Shown: one piece after another, positions 23,684-36,475 of the stretch
Numbering within the stretch: position 1 is the stretch's first letter
Layout of the letters: each line of letters starts with the position of its first letter
NCBI GenBank assembly: GCA_001643675.2
Contig: LSRY02000039.1
Coordinates: forward strand, 310,001 to 374,000
Reading direction: 5' to 3'
Source: Monocercomonoides exilis PA203
Lineage: Eukaryota; Protista; Preaxostyla
Length of the DNA stretch: 64,000 bases
Made by a program: the position numbers and the translations under genes
Notes under the pieces: model-generated
What the model was told of the DNA's origin: nothing
The model's input: only the letters and a program-made list of their open reading frames with translations
The model's database searches: none

Positions 23684-24163
23684 TTACTTAGCATATTTTG
23701 CTTTTAATGCCTCAACGGATTCTACATATTTTTCCATTGCTTCCTCTTTTGACATTCCTAAAAATTTTTGGAACAACGTTTTTCCAAATCAAATATCAAC
23801 AATTATATTTCAAACCACTGCGAGATTTCCATTCTGCCCACTTTCTATGCTTTCTAATGTTCAAGCGCATTGGTTCAGCTGTGGTGTTATCACCCTAATT
23901 TCAAATAAAAAAAACATTCAATTTTTAAAGATATTTTAAAATAAACAATAAATAAATAAAAGCTAAAAGAATGTTCATCGATAAAAACCTCTGTTGCTTG
24001 TTTAAAATACGAATAAGATGGAAGAAGGTCTTCTTCATTTTTAACAAGTTTTGTGTTAGCCTTCAACCTAAGATCAACATTTATCATTTCTCTCATTATT
24101 ATAAATATGAATAAAATATAAGAACCATTCTCCAGCTTCGGTAAATTTATCTTGTGTCGACAT
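23684..24163 (-). CDS. ACBP: Acyl-CoA-binding protein (ACBP/DBI family), four exons, 89 aa
   Basis: Spliced translation MSTQDKFTEAGEWLKANTKLVKNEEDLLPSYSYFKQATEGDNTTAEPMRLNIRKHRKWAEWKSRSGMSKEEAMEKYVESVEALKAKYAK* has the YxxxKQATxGD, KWxxW and MSKEEAMxKY signatures. Confidence 0.93.
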
Positions 24164-24262
24164 AGAAAGTAAATGAATTACGATGATAACTCAAAAGTTG
24201 GGAATTATGATCCATAAATAAAAGGTACAATAAACGTAAAGCCTCATTAAACAAAACAAAAC

Positions 24263-25360
24263 TTATCTACGATAAAACACATATGACGCATTAGAGGGAA
24301 ATTGCTTTTCTTTTTCAGTGATTCTCTTCAGAGATATGAATTCACAGGAAGATCCAGCATATTTCATAGATACAAAAAATCTAACAGATGGCGGGATATC
24401 AGTTACAATTCTTGGCTGAGTTGTTTTAAATATGCGAAGAGAAAGAGTTCTAGGAACACTGTCAAGATCGATGTCTAAATCAACAGCCGCTCTATTTGGA
24501 CAAGCAACATTGCCACTCAGATTGTTTCCATTGCACCAGCAGCAACCACTTCAATGAAAAGAAAATGAGAAAGAAAGAAACAGTCATAGAATAGAAATAT
24601 GGTTTTAATAGGAAAGACAAGAAAAAAATTTAAGGAAAAAAATAAAATAAAATAAAAACAAAAATAATAATAACTTCTTTCAGAAAGAGAGAAGGAAAAA
24701 TGCTCGTATACCTTTTCAATGCATATGAAATAGCATCTGGAATGAGTCGATGTGCCAAAGAGATGTTTTATTCGATTCAATGAGAATTATTATGGAAATA
24801 TTAGAGAGAAGGAAAAAAAATGATGATAAAAAAAATGTTTATTAATGAAAGAGAAAGAGAGAAGGAAATAGTGAGAAATATTGAGAGAGAAAGAGGAAAA
24901 TAAAGAAAGAGAGAAAGAGAAGAAGAGAGAAAGAGAGGAAGAGAAAGAAAGAGAAAGAGAGAAAGAGAGAAAGAGAGAAAGAGAGAAAGAGAGAAAGAGA
25001 GAAAGAGAGAAAGAGAGAAAGAGAGAAAAACATTGAAATAATTAAGAAATCACATAATTTAAGGCACACTTGTGTCAAAGCGAATGTCCTGATGCAGAGG
25101 AATGCTGTATGACGATGGGGCTATGCCAACATCTTTGAAAGGGAGAAACAAAATAAATATTTTAGAGAAAAAAAAGAGGATATTAAAAAAAGAAAAGAAA
25201 AGAAAAGAAAAGAAAAGAAAAGAAAAGAAAAGAAAAGAAAAGAAAAGAAAATGAATCAAAGAAATTCAATTTACTGTTAAAATAACATTCTTTCACTGTT
25301 GCTAAATTTACTTCGAACATCTTTTTTTGACATATAAAAATACTTCGTTTTCTCTCTCTC

Positions 25361-25399
<39 letters not shown>

Positions 25400-28300
25400 T
25401 TCTCTTTCTCTTTCTCTCTTTCTTCTCTCCAACAATATGCTTTTTCATTATATTTTCTATTTCACATACATCTTTCATCTCCAGTTTGAGAGTTTGAGTT
25501 AACAGCCAAAGTCAATCTCCAAATGCCTTCACTCAACACAACACGTGATGAAATAACAGTCTCCTTCTTGTGGAGAAGGCGCAGGCGAAGCTCATCATAT
25601 TCAAAAGAGGAAGAGGAAGAAGAAGAGGAGGAGGAAGAAGAAGAAGAAGAAGTTGAATGTTGTGGAACATCCCATTGTGGGTAGAAGATTTCTTTGTAGA
25701 AAGGAAGCAGACGAGATGAAGAAGACTCGAAATGCTTTGGCGAATGAGAAGGAGAAGGAGAAGAAGAAGGAGAAAGCGAAGAAGAAAGAGAAGAAAGAGA
25801 AGAAGATGATGATGATGAAATTTTCCTTCTTTCAATTTCTTCTGTTTCAACAGTTTCTGATTCTATTTGATCGCTCCACACAATTCTGTCTTCATCATCA
25901 TCTTCTTCATTTTCTTCTGCTGCTGCTGCTTTTGCTTTTTCTTTAGTTTTATTTTTCGCTTTTGTTTTTGCATCCTTTTCGTCTTCATCCACAACGCTCC
26001 AATCAATCCACCTCCACTTCGCACTTTCTTTTTCCCATTTCTTCTCTTTCTCCTTCGCTTTCTCTCTTTCTCTTTGTGTTATCTTCACCCGCTCCTTTTC
26101 ATTTTGCCTCTCTCTTTCTCTCTCTTCTTCCTCCGTCTCAATAATCCTCTTAATTTCCCGCAAAATATCCTTCATCTTCTGCGTCTTCCAATTCGTTTCC
26201 TCTTCTTTTTCTCTCATTTTCTTCTCTGCCTCTTCTTTCTCCTTCCACACCTCATCCATTTTTAGCCTTTCCAGCGCCAGCTGTGCTCTTAGCTCTTCTT
26301 TTTCGCTCTCTCTCTTCCGAATCACATCTTTCATCTCGTCCAAAATCTCCTCTTCTTCCTGCCGCTTCTTCTTCAGCCGCAAGATTTCCTTCTTTTCGCT
26401 GCTCACTTTCTCCCTCAGCTTCGAAATCTGCTTCGAAAGAGCAGCACAATTCAGACAAGAAGGAGAAGGAGAAGGAGAAGAAGAAGGAAGAGGAGAAGAT
26501 GGATTGATAGAAGGAGCATAGGAGATAGAAGAGGAAGAAGAAGAAGAAGATGATGATGATGATAACGATAAAGAAGAGAAAGACACATTTGTATTTGACA
26601 TGCCAACAGATCTGGGTGAGCTGAGCAAATTGCTTGCAGACGAGGCAGAAGCAAAAGCAGGAGACGATTTGACTGAATACGAAGAAGAAGAAGAAGAAGA
26701 AGAAGGAAGAGGAGGAGAAGAGGATGAAGAAGAAAAAGAAGAAGATGATGATGATGAAAAAGAAGGAGAAGGAGGAGGTGAATTTGAGTAATTCTGATCA
26801 AAATTTGTTGAATCCTCCATCGAAAAACCGATTGATGGCTGCATCAGGATAGGAGGAGGTGTTGTGACAGCTTCAGCATAGATGGCTTCGAATGGGTTGA
26901 TTGCTGCTGCAAAGGAAGGAGAAGGTGCAGCAGATGAAAGGTCGTCTTCAGAAGAGCTGTCAGAGGAAGAGGAAGAGGAAGAAGAAGAAGAAGAGGAAGA
27001 AGAAGATGTCGAGGTACGAGATAGCATTGTTATTTGGCGGGGCTTGGTTGGACGGGGTTTGATTGGTTGGGGTGGAAGGAGAGGAGAAGGAGAAGAAGAA
27101 GGAGAAGGAGAAGAAGAAGGAGAAGGAGAGGAGGAAGGAGAAGGGGAAGATGAAGAAGAAGAAGCAATTGTGGATGTAGAGAGAGAAGAAAATGGAGAAG
27201 GAACGATCATTTTCTGTGTCTCTATCGTTTTATTTGAACTGCCACTTTTATTTATTTCACTCCCCCTTTCCCCTTCTTTCTCATTAGAACCATCATTCTT
27301 TGTGGAAATTGCATGTTTTGTGCTCTTTTCAGTGTTGTTTTGACGTCTTTGTCTGAAGATGTTGAATGGCACATATCCATTGTAGCTCCTTCGCTTCTCG
27401 CTTCTTTTATGTGGAAAACAGGTTGAAATCTCGTCTTTCTGCCATTTGGCTGAGGTTGATGTGGCATTGGAAATGGAATTGGAAGAAGAAGAAGAAGAAG
27501 AAGAAGGAAAAGGAGGAAGAGGAGATGATGATGATGATGATGGGTTTGATGAATTTGATGAATGCATCAGCTGTTTATTCGAAATCATCTCATCTTTCTT
27601 GTTTGAAATTTTGCTTTTTCTTTCACATTCTCTTTCACTTTCACTCTCGCTTTCTTCTTTTTCATCTGAAGAACTATCAATTTCTTCTCTTTTGCTGTGT
27701 TTTCTCTCATTTTGATGTTCATCTGACTCAGAAGACGAATCAAACGATGAAGAGTGCGTTAAGAAAGCAGGACTCGTAACAACTGAACAGGATTGCGTTC
27801 TTTCTTGTCTGTAAATGGAATTTGAAGAAGAAGAAGAAGAAGAATGAGAAGAAGAATAAGGAAAACCAGAGCTGGTTGTAGAAGTCATAGGAAGAGAAGA
27901 AAGAGTACGTATATCTGAATATTGCCGTTCAGATCTGTCTTGATTCTCTTTTTGTTTTTCTTTCTTCTTCTCTTTTTCTTTTTCTTTTTCTTTTTCTTTG
28001 TTCTTCTTCTTCTTTTCTTCTTTCACAGAATTCTGATAAAAAGGCGAAGGAAATATGCTTTTGGACAATTTTGTTGCTTGTTCAAATACATCTTCTTGAT
28101 TGCTATTCAATATACCGTTTTCATCATTGGTTATTTCATCATCATCATCTTCCTCTTCTTCTCTTTCAGAATCGGAAGATGAATCAGAAGAAGAACTTTC
28201 TTCTTCGCCTTCTTCTTCTTCCTCCTCCTCCTCTTCTTCTTCTTCTTCTTCGTTTTTGATTCTTTTATATCTTCTGCTTCTGTTGCTGATGTCACATTCT

Positions 28301-30121
28301 TCACCTTCAATATCATCAAGTTCATCCAAACTATCATCAAATCCATCTGCAATATTTCCGCTCTTCTCTTGTCTAACAAGAGCCTCTTTTTTCTTCTTGT
28401 GCTTCTTTTCTTCTTTCATCTTTGCCAATGCCAGTAAGCTTGGCTTTCCAGTTGATGAATATTCTTCACTCACTTCTTTCTTTCTCTGACGTTCTATTTC
28501 TTTCTCCCTCTCTTTCTCTTTCTTTCTTTCTTCTTCTATCTTTCTCTTTGCTTTCTCTTCTTTATCATATTCATCGTATGCATCATCTTTATCTTCATCT
28601 TTCCCCTTTTCTTCTTCTTCTTCTTCTTCTTCTTCCACTTCCATCAGAATCTTCATCAGTTTTCTCGCTTCCTTTGCACAACTTTCCATCAATGAAGCAA
28701 TAACCGTATGTGATTGCACTGAATTCTGAGAAGATTTGAGTGAAGATGAAAGCTCAGAAAGTGACATATCAGATGCTGATTCACATATTCCCTTCAGCCC
28801 AGCCGTCAGCTGCTTCCTCTGAACAGGTGACAGTTGGATCTTCCATTTACACAGCTTCCTCGAAAATTCAACAGAGGCAGGGTTTTCTACTTCAATCCAA
28901 TGGAATTGATCATCTTGCTCATTGCAGTCAATTGCATCATCATCGTCATAGTCTTCATCTTTCTCAACATCTCCGCTTTCAACGAAGGAGAAATAGCTGC
29001 GCTCATATTCTTCATCTCTCTTGTTTGTCTTTTTTGTTTTTGAGTCTTCTTTGCTCTTCTTCTTCTTCTTCTTCTTCTTCTTCTTCTTCTTTTCTAATTT
29101 TTGCAGCCCATCTGAGCCTTTCAGAAGTATTTGCATCAACTTAATTGCATTAATTGTTAATTTCGTTTTCATTAAATCTGAGTGAAGCGATCGTGTCATT
29201 GTTAAGTAGAATTCCTTTGCACTGTCATCCAGTTCTTTATAAGCACGCCTTGCTACTTGATCTTGGTTTCCACCTTCGAATAAATATAAAATGAATTAAT
29301 TAATAATAGTGTAGAAAAATGAATAGATGAATGGAAAATGTGATTTTGTGAAGAACATTAACTATAAAAAATAACAAAAAGAATTTATTTGACAAGTCTT
29401 TGTGCAAAGCAATTTTTTAATTTCTAAAGAAATTTTTACCTTTATAAATCATAAAAAGCAATGCAGAAAAAGGCCCATATGATGTCAATTCATGTGCGGA
29501 TGATGGGTGATGAGAAAGAAGATATAGCATGCATTCTGTTGATATGGAAATAACATTGCCGTTTGATGACTAAAAAACAAAATTTTTGTTGTTAAAAAAA
29601 TATAAACAAATTATGATATCATTTAAACAACAAAAAATAAATACTAAGTACAATTGGAATGCATCTCTTATTAAGTTTGTTCTTTCTTCTTGTATTTGAA
29701 TTGAATCATTTATTCCATATCTATCGAGCTCCTTTTCATACAAATCTATTAATTTCATTATCAAACCAGAAATTTCCTATTAGTTTGTTAATTGTAGCAA
29801 AAAAATCATATATTTATGCAAAACTGTCAACTCTTTATCTCTGTCAGATTCGACTATCGATTTAAGTTGATTGTATATCTCAGCATCGCTCAGTACAATA
29901 GCATTTTGTGGATCTTGTTTTGCAAATTATTTGAAATGGTTATTTGAAAAAGCTGCATACCAAGTGAAATCCTTTCAAACATTTTTAAGGCCAAACTCAT
30001 TCTTTTTGCAGGTTTTGAAGCAAAGGATTTGACTAAAAGTTCTGCTTGCTCATCCTTTATTAATGAAAAAATAAAATATAAAAGCTGTATATAATAAGCG
30101 CACTGTTAAAATGTTAATCAT
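24263..30121 (-). CDS. Large multi-exon protein: helical N-terminus, Ser/Glu low-complexity core, coiled coil, C-terminal SPRY/B30.2-like domain
   Basis: 1245-aa ORF 25462-29199 plus short upstream exons (probable ATG 30121). Downstream exons give SEGIWRLTL...YVGIAPSSY...ISY...WCNGNNLSGN...VDLDIDLDSVPRTLSLRI...QPRIVTDIPPSVRFF...EFISLKR, stop at 24263. The start position is uncertain. Confidence 0.65.
24905..25428. repeat. Intronic purine/pyrimidine microsatellites: (AGAGAGAA)n, (AAAAG)n, (TTTCTC)n
   Basis: Visible at ~24905-25027, ~25190-25250 and ~25350-25428, within introns of the SPRY-like gene. Confidence 0.9.
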
Positions 30122-31626
30122 TTCAGAAGTGAGCAAAAATTATTCTTCAAAAATCTGAAAATATTATGGGACAAAATAAAAAAAACGATATTCAAAAAGT
30201 TAGTTTGTTATCGTGTTTTACAAAAATATTTTATAAATCATATTTTTTTTTATGAAGTGAAAAGGATGAACAGTTATTTCATTGTTTCACAATGTAAAGA
30301 ATAATATTCCAACGAATCTTCATCAAAGAAAATGTTTTTTCTTTATGTACAAAAAAATCATCATATTTCAAGAACGGTCAAATAATCAAGTTCATCTTTA
30401 TATTGCATTCATGTTTTAACAATTGATTAATTCACATTTTTTTCAACTTGCTTTTGTAATTATTACTCAAGTGTTTCTATTGACTGGCATAGAATGCGGT
30501 TATTTTTGCATCCATATTTTTTCAATCAAAGATTTTGGTTAGAAAATTCACATTAAATATTGATTAATAAAATCTGAAAAGTTGTTGCTCCTTTCAAAAA
30601 TCATTTTTTCATTAAAATTATCTCAAACATCTTCATTTTAACTGTTCGAAAATGTTTCTCCTTTTAAAAAACTATTCCTCTCTGAAAAAATAAAACCTAC
30701 GTAGAATCCGCACACCGAAAAAAGTTATGATTTCAAAAATAATCACCCGTGTTGCAATTTTTCAAAATAATTATGAAAAGGAGTTTTTGTTTGTTTTCTG
30801 AAGAAAATGATATTTGAATAATTTCAAAAAATTTACATTCCAACTCTCCGAAATTCACAAGTCTGCATATAAAAACATTGTCAATCACTTGTTTTTATCC
30901 TGGTGAAAATTGGTGAGTTGGTATGAAAACATGATGAAAATATTCAAAATTCTTTTTCACCTTTAAATAAACAAAAAATTTTTTTCGAATTAAGTTGTCA
31001 TAATTTTTGTATAAATTTTTGTTTTTTTTTCATTCAAAAACATTAACAAAAAACCACATTAAAAGAAATAGACTTTGTAAATTATTGATTCAGTTAACAT
31101 CATTAGATTGTTTGGTTTGAACATACTACGTTCAAAAAATCTTCATCTTTAAAACCTAAAATTTTATCAAAATTTCTGTTATTCTATGTTGTCAAAATTT
31201 GTAGCACTCAAATAATTCCGAACCAAACATTGAAAAAAGTCTCAAATTGAAATTACAAAAAATATTTATAAAATAAGGTGAAAAATTTGATCTGAGGTGA
31301 TTTTTCAAAAAAATTTAAAGAACTTTGAAAATTATAATACATATACACCCATTGACTTCAAAACGAACTTCATATGAATTGCAAATAAATAAAAGAAAAT
31401 AATTTCTAACACTTAAATAAAAGAAAAAAATAGAAACTTAAAATAGTGAAACGCGCTTCTTAAAATAAAAAAAAATCAAATAAACGTAAATAAAATACAA
31501 TACGATAAAGAAATGCTGTAAGACATATTCAACAATTTGTAAAGTTTGTAATCAAACATAAACCGAAAATCACAATTCAAACAAATTCAACATATCCACA
31601 TTTGAACATTTGCATTTCCGTATCAT

Positions 31627-31690
<64 letters not shown>

Positions 31691-31784
31691 GAAAAGAAAA
31701 GAAAAGTAAAGAAAAGAAAAAGGAAAATAAGTTAAGTTTTCAAAATCTTATAAAATCATTTAAAACATATTCCCTTCATGTTCT

Positions 31785-34700
31785 TTACAAATGCTGATTA
31801 GCAACATTTGCAATTGTCTTTTTCATTCCTTCCACAACCATCGAGGCCATCTTCCTTTGCGCTTCTGAGTAAATTGGTGGAACAGGAACATCACACAACG
31901 AAAGACGAAGAGACGGCAAAGAAGACTTTGAACTGGAAGATTCACCATTTGCTGTCAAAGAAGAAGTCACAGACAGAATGTGTCCAGATGCAGCAGAAGC
32001 TGAAGTGCTGTTATGCACTTCCTTTCTTTCCTGTACCATGATTGCTCCTTTGTCACCTTCGTGAATCCATTCCATTCTGGTCTTCCTGATAAAGTCCTTG
32101 ATGATCTTGTGCCTTATTCGCGAAGGAACGAGAATTTGTGGATGGGAAGCAGAATTTTTGCTTCCACTCGCAGCTTTCTGCACAGAAGCAAAAGTTGGTG
32201 CAGACAAGAAAGAAGAAGAAGCAGAAGAGGAGGAAGAAGAAGAATGAAATGAATACAGTGAAGATGTTTCAGTCGAATAGGAATCAAGAGAAGAGGCGCT
32301 TGCAGGGCGGGAGTTCAGATTCTGCGGACTCACATTGCGAGGATAATGAGAAGAATAAGAAGAATAAGAAGAATAAGAAGAATAAGAAGAATAAGAAGAA
32401 TAAGATGAATTAGAGGGCGTTAATAATGAATGGGATTTTCCGCGCGAAGTCATATAAGCAGAAGGGCGAGGACGCGAATGGATCTGATTTTGGCTTGAAA
32501 GAGAAGAGAGAGAAGAAGAAGAGCTTAACTGGGGAACAACTGAAGAAGAAGAAGAGGAGGATGATGATGATAACAACGATGCGAATAAAGATGGTGCAAC
32601 ATGAGAAGAAGAAGAAGAAGAAGCCTTTGAGTGATGTTTGTATGTGAGTGTGTTTGTGTCGAAGCCAATTGCATCCACAAAATGGCTGGCCAAATCTTCC
32701 AGCTCGTCTGGCTGAGGAAGTGTGGGGTCAGAAGCATACAATGAAGAGAAGATGGCTAAAAGAGGAGAAGATGAAGTTGAAGAAGTTGCAGAAGAGGAAG
32801 CAGCAGAAGAAGAAACAGGAGGAGGGAGAGGAGGAAGAGAAGAAGAAGAGTCAGAAGAAGAAGGAGCAGATGACTCTAAAGAATCAGAAGAAGCAACCAG
32901 ATTGGATGTTGTCTTTGGCGACAGAGTTTGAGAGTGAACTGACGGAAGCACAGCTGCATCAGAACGTTGAGGTGTACCTGAACTAAAACCTTCGCTGCTT
33001 TCATCGTTTTCTGTGATGCTCTCCTCAAAATACGTTGACTCTCCAAAAAGAGGCGAAGGATGGCGGACAGAACGAGGTGAATGGATAGGAGACTGCGAAG
33101 CTGATCTGTTTCTTCTCTTTCTTCCTCTCCCTCTTTCCTCTTCTGTCCCTTCTTTCGGCTCGGCTTTCGCCTTCAATTCCAAAATTTCCTTCTCTTCCTT
33201 CTCCTTTTGCAGTTGTTCTTTCCTCTTCTTCATCCCTTCTGCGGTTGTTGGATAGCTTTCTTCATTTACAACAGGTAGTGGACGATGCAACACAATCAAT
33301 TGCTCCATCTTGTTCCACTGAGTTGATAAGAAGACGCAGATATATTGAGGGGGAGGGGAGGGGAGGGGGGGGAGGGGAGGGGAAATAGACACAATATTAT
33401 TGTAAAAGTTATTTTTGGAATTCAGATCATTTGCACATATGAACAATAATAATCATAATTATGAATAAATAAACAGAAGATATAACATATTAAAAAAAAT
33501 ATAATTTTTTCATATAAACCAAATAATAAATGAATACCATAATGTCCAATGCTTTAACTCTGGAAAAAAAGCAAGTCAAATAAACTTTTGCTCTTCTTTG
33601 ACAGCTGATAACTTCACCATTATTTGTGAAACAAAACATTAAAACCAGAAGAATAAGTGAAGAAAAAAAGATATGAGGAAAAAAAATAAAATATCATACA
33701 AAGATTTGAATAAAACGTCATCATTGAACAAATCAATAACACAAACTAAGATTGCGATATGCCCTGACTCTCAAGCTGAATGTCATCTGTGCCTTTGCAG
33801 ACAGCAGGAAGCGAACCAGAAAAGACGAATGAGACACTCTCGACTGAACACGGAAACGGAGAACATATCGACCAATTGCTCTAATAAAGAAAGAAAGAAA
33901 GAGAGAGAGAGTAAGAGAAAGAGAAAGAGAAAGAGAAAGAGAAAGAGAAAGAGAAAGAGAAAGAGAAAGAGAAAGAGAAAGAGAAAGAGAAAGAGAAAGA
34001 GAGTGAGAATGTGTATGTATGTATGAATGTGTGTTGATTGGAGAATTCAATGACAAAATAAACATAGAGAAATGTACATACATAAAAAAAAAAGCAATAA
34101 GAAATTTATTAAAAATAATAAAAAATTAAAAAAGAATAGTAAACCTTTCAATTATCAAAAACTTGCTCACCAGCTCCTTCCTCATCATCCTCATCTTTTC
34201 GTGCAACTTTTCTCTTTCCTCTCTCTCCTTCTCTGCAACAACACCTCTTTTGATCAATCTTCTTGCCCTGTCCTCATCCAGCGCGTTCTTCAGCACATTC
34301 ATCCTTCCCACACTCATAATCAACACAAGCATCCTTGTTCTGCTCAGCTTCTGTGCTGCTGTCATGAAATACTCTGCTCGCGACTGCTTTTCCCCTTTCA
34401 GCAGGATCTCCACCATCCTCCGCGTCTTCCTCATCCCTTCCTTGTCTCTCTCTCTTTCTATCTCGGCGAATCGCCTGTGTGTTTCCAGCTGTCTGCTGTG
34501 GAACTTTGTGGACGAGCGCTGAATGATGTCACGAAATGTCAGAATGGAAGGCTGTGCTGCTTCTGTGTAGCGTGGTGATGTTGGCATTGAGGAATAAAGA
34601 GAAGGAAAACGAGACGAAGAAGCCAGGCTTGTGGATGTGGACGAGGATGAGGATGAAGAGGATGATGATAAGAAGGACGAAGGGAGAGGAAGAGAAGACA

Positions 34701-36295
34701 GAGGAATAAGAGGTCTGAGAAGAGGCAGCGAAGACTGACGGAACGAGGAAGAGGAACCAGAAGAGACGGTGTTTTGGAGAGGATGACAAGAAGCAAGAGG
34801 AAGAGTGGGAATAAATGGACGATGGGAAGAGGTGGCGCTATGATTTGTGCTGGCGTTGGCAATTGTGTGCGGCGGAGCAGCCGAAAGAAATGAAGACAAC
34901 GAAGAAGAAGAAGATAAAGAGGAGGAGGAGGAGGAAGAGGAAGAAGATGATGATGGTGAAGACGAATAGAAAGAAGGAGAAAAAGTGGGAGAGTTTGGCG
35001 AATGCATTAGATGTGCCACGGGTTGTAGATCATTCTGAGAGGAATGCTCTTGTTCATCTAATTCATTTTCTGGCTGCGTCATGAAAAAAGATGGTTGATT
35101 CATTGAATTAGAAGAAGAAGAAGAAGTAGAAAAAGCAGAAGAAACAGAAGGCAAAGAAGGAGCAGAAGAAGAAGAAGAAGACAACAATGCAGTTGGTTCC
35201 ACATAATCATTCAACGACCCTGTACTCTGATACGATCTCAACAACAACTCTCTCTCTTTCTCTTTTTCTTTCATAGTCCATCTCTCCATGTGTCTCATAA
35301 TTGACAGGTTCTTCTCATTCTCCCGCTTTGTCTCCAGAACAAAAGCTGTCATCACTTCTTCTGTCGGAGCAGCATTTATCAGTTGCATCGATGGAGAAGG
35401 CATATACAACGAAGAAGAAGATGATGATGAATTGTTTGAAGAAACAGGAAACATAGAGGGCAGTGCAGCCGATGCACCTGAGAGGGAGATTGAGGCTGAC
35501 AAAGAGGATAAAAATGGTAGTGAAGCTATGTTTCGTGTTCTCGTTCTTTTTGTTTCCACTTTCATAACTTTTGACCGCAATAAGTCAATTTCAGCATCAA
35601 GATCCTTTTTCTTAATACGTTGTCTTGCTCTTTTAGCATCAGATAACAAAATATGTCGAGTATCATACAAATTAGAATTACTTGAAGGCTCTATTGATTT
35701 GTCATTTGTTATTTTCCTCAATGAAATATTCGAGCTTAAAGGCCGAGATGCAGATTGTGCTTGAAGAACCGAAACTTGAACAAAGCGGTTAGCAAGAGCA
35801 GATCTTCGCGTTCCCTTCTCAGCTCTATTTGTTGTTAAGAGGTCATCAACTTCTTCGAGAAGTTGCATATATTTTGTTTCATGCACTGCTGGTAATATCT
35901 CATCATTTAAATGTAATAATTTCGATTCTTTTTCATCACAAATTTGGGTTGAAAGCTTATCTTTTTGTTCCACCGAAGCCACATACTGCAATGTTTCATT
36001 TAGAAAATTATTAACATCTGACGATAAAGTTATATCCTCCTCTTTATCATTTACAATTCCTAAAATATTCATTAATTTCAAAAAGAAATCAACAATAATT
36101 GACTGACAAACGATTTCGACCAATCGAGTGAAAATTTTTTGCTGGTGCATGTTTTGTTGTTTGATGAATTCGCTCTTTCAAACGCGTTTTTGACAAATAT
36201 TTAGGTTTCCATTCAGATTCAAGCTTTTTTGTATATATCCTATCAGTAAATGATGAACCGTAATAGTTGTAATCATTTGACGTTAACGATTTCAT
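31785..36295 (-). CDS. Hypothetical multi-exon protein with Ser-rich tracts and basic helical segments
   Basis: ORFs 36089-36316, 34126-36150, 33733-34083 and 31785-33446 are co-oriented and separated by intron-like gaps. One gene is likely but not proven. Includes an (SSY)n repeat at ~32345-32405. Confidence 0.55.
33914..34001. repeat. (AGAGAA)n microsatellite, intronic
   Basis: Directly visible hexamer array. Confidence 0.9.
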
Positions 36296-36475
36296 TAGAA
36301 GAGCAACAAGGGCCAAAAAAATAAATTATTAAAATTTTTGGGAAAGTTGAAAAATATTTAGATAATGGCAACATTGATCAAGTTATTAACAAAATGTGTG
36401 ATATTTCTATTTCAAAACGATTATTTATATTTTCTTCACAACTTACTAAATAATTGAATTGATTTTTAAGTTTCT

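Noticed and set aside
27081-27150. 18-bp tandem repeats as a CRISPR-like array
   Set aside because: No spacers; coding repeat (PSPSSS)n on the minus strand in a eukaryotic gene.
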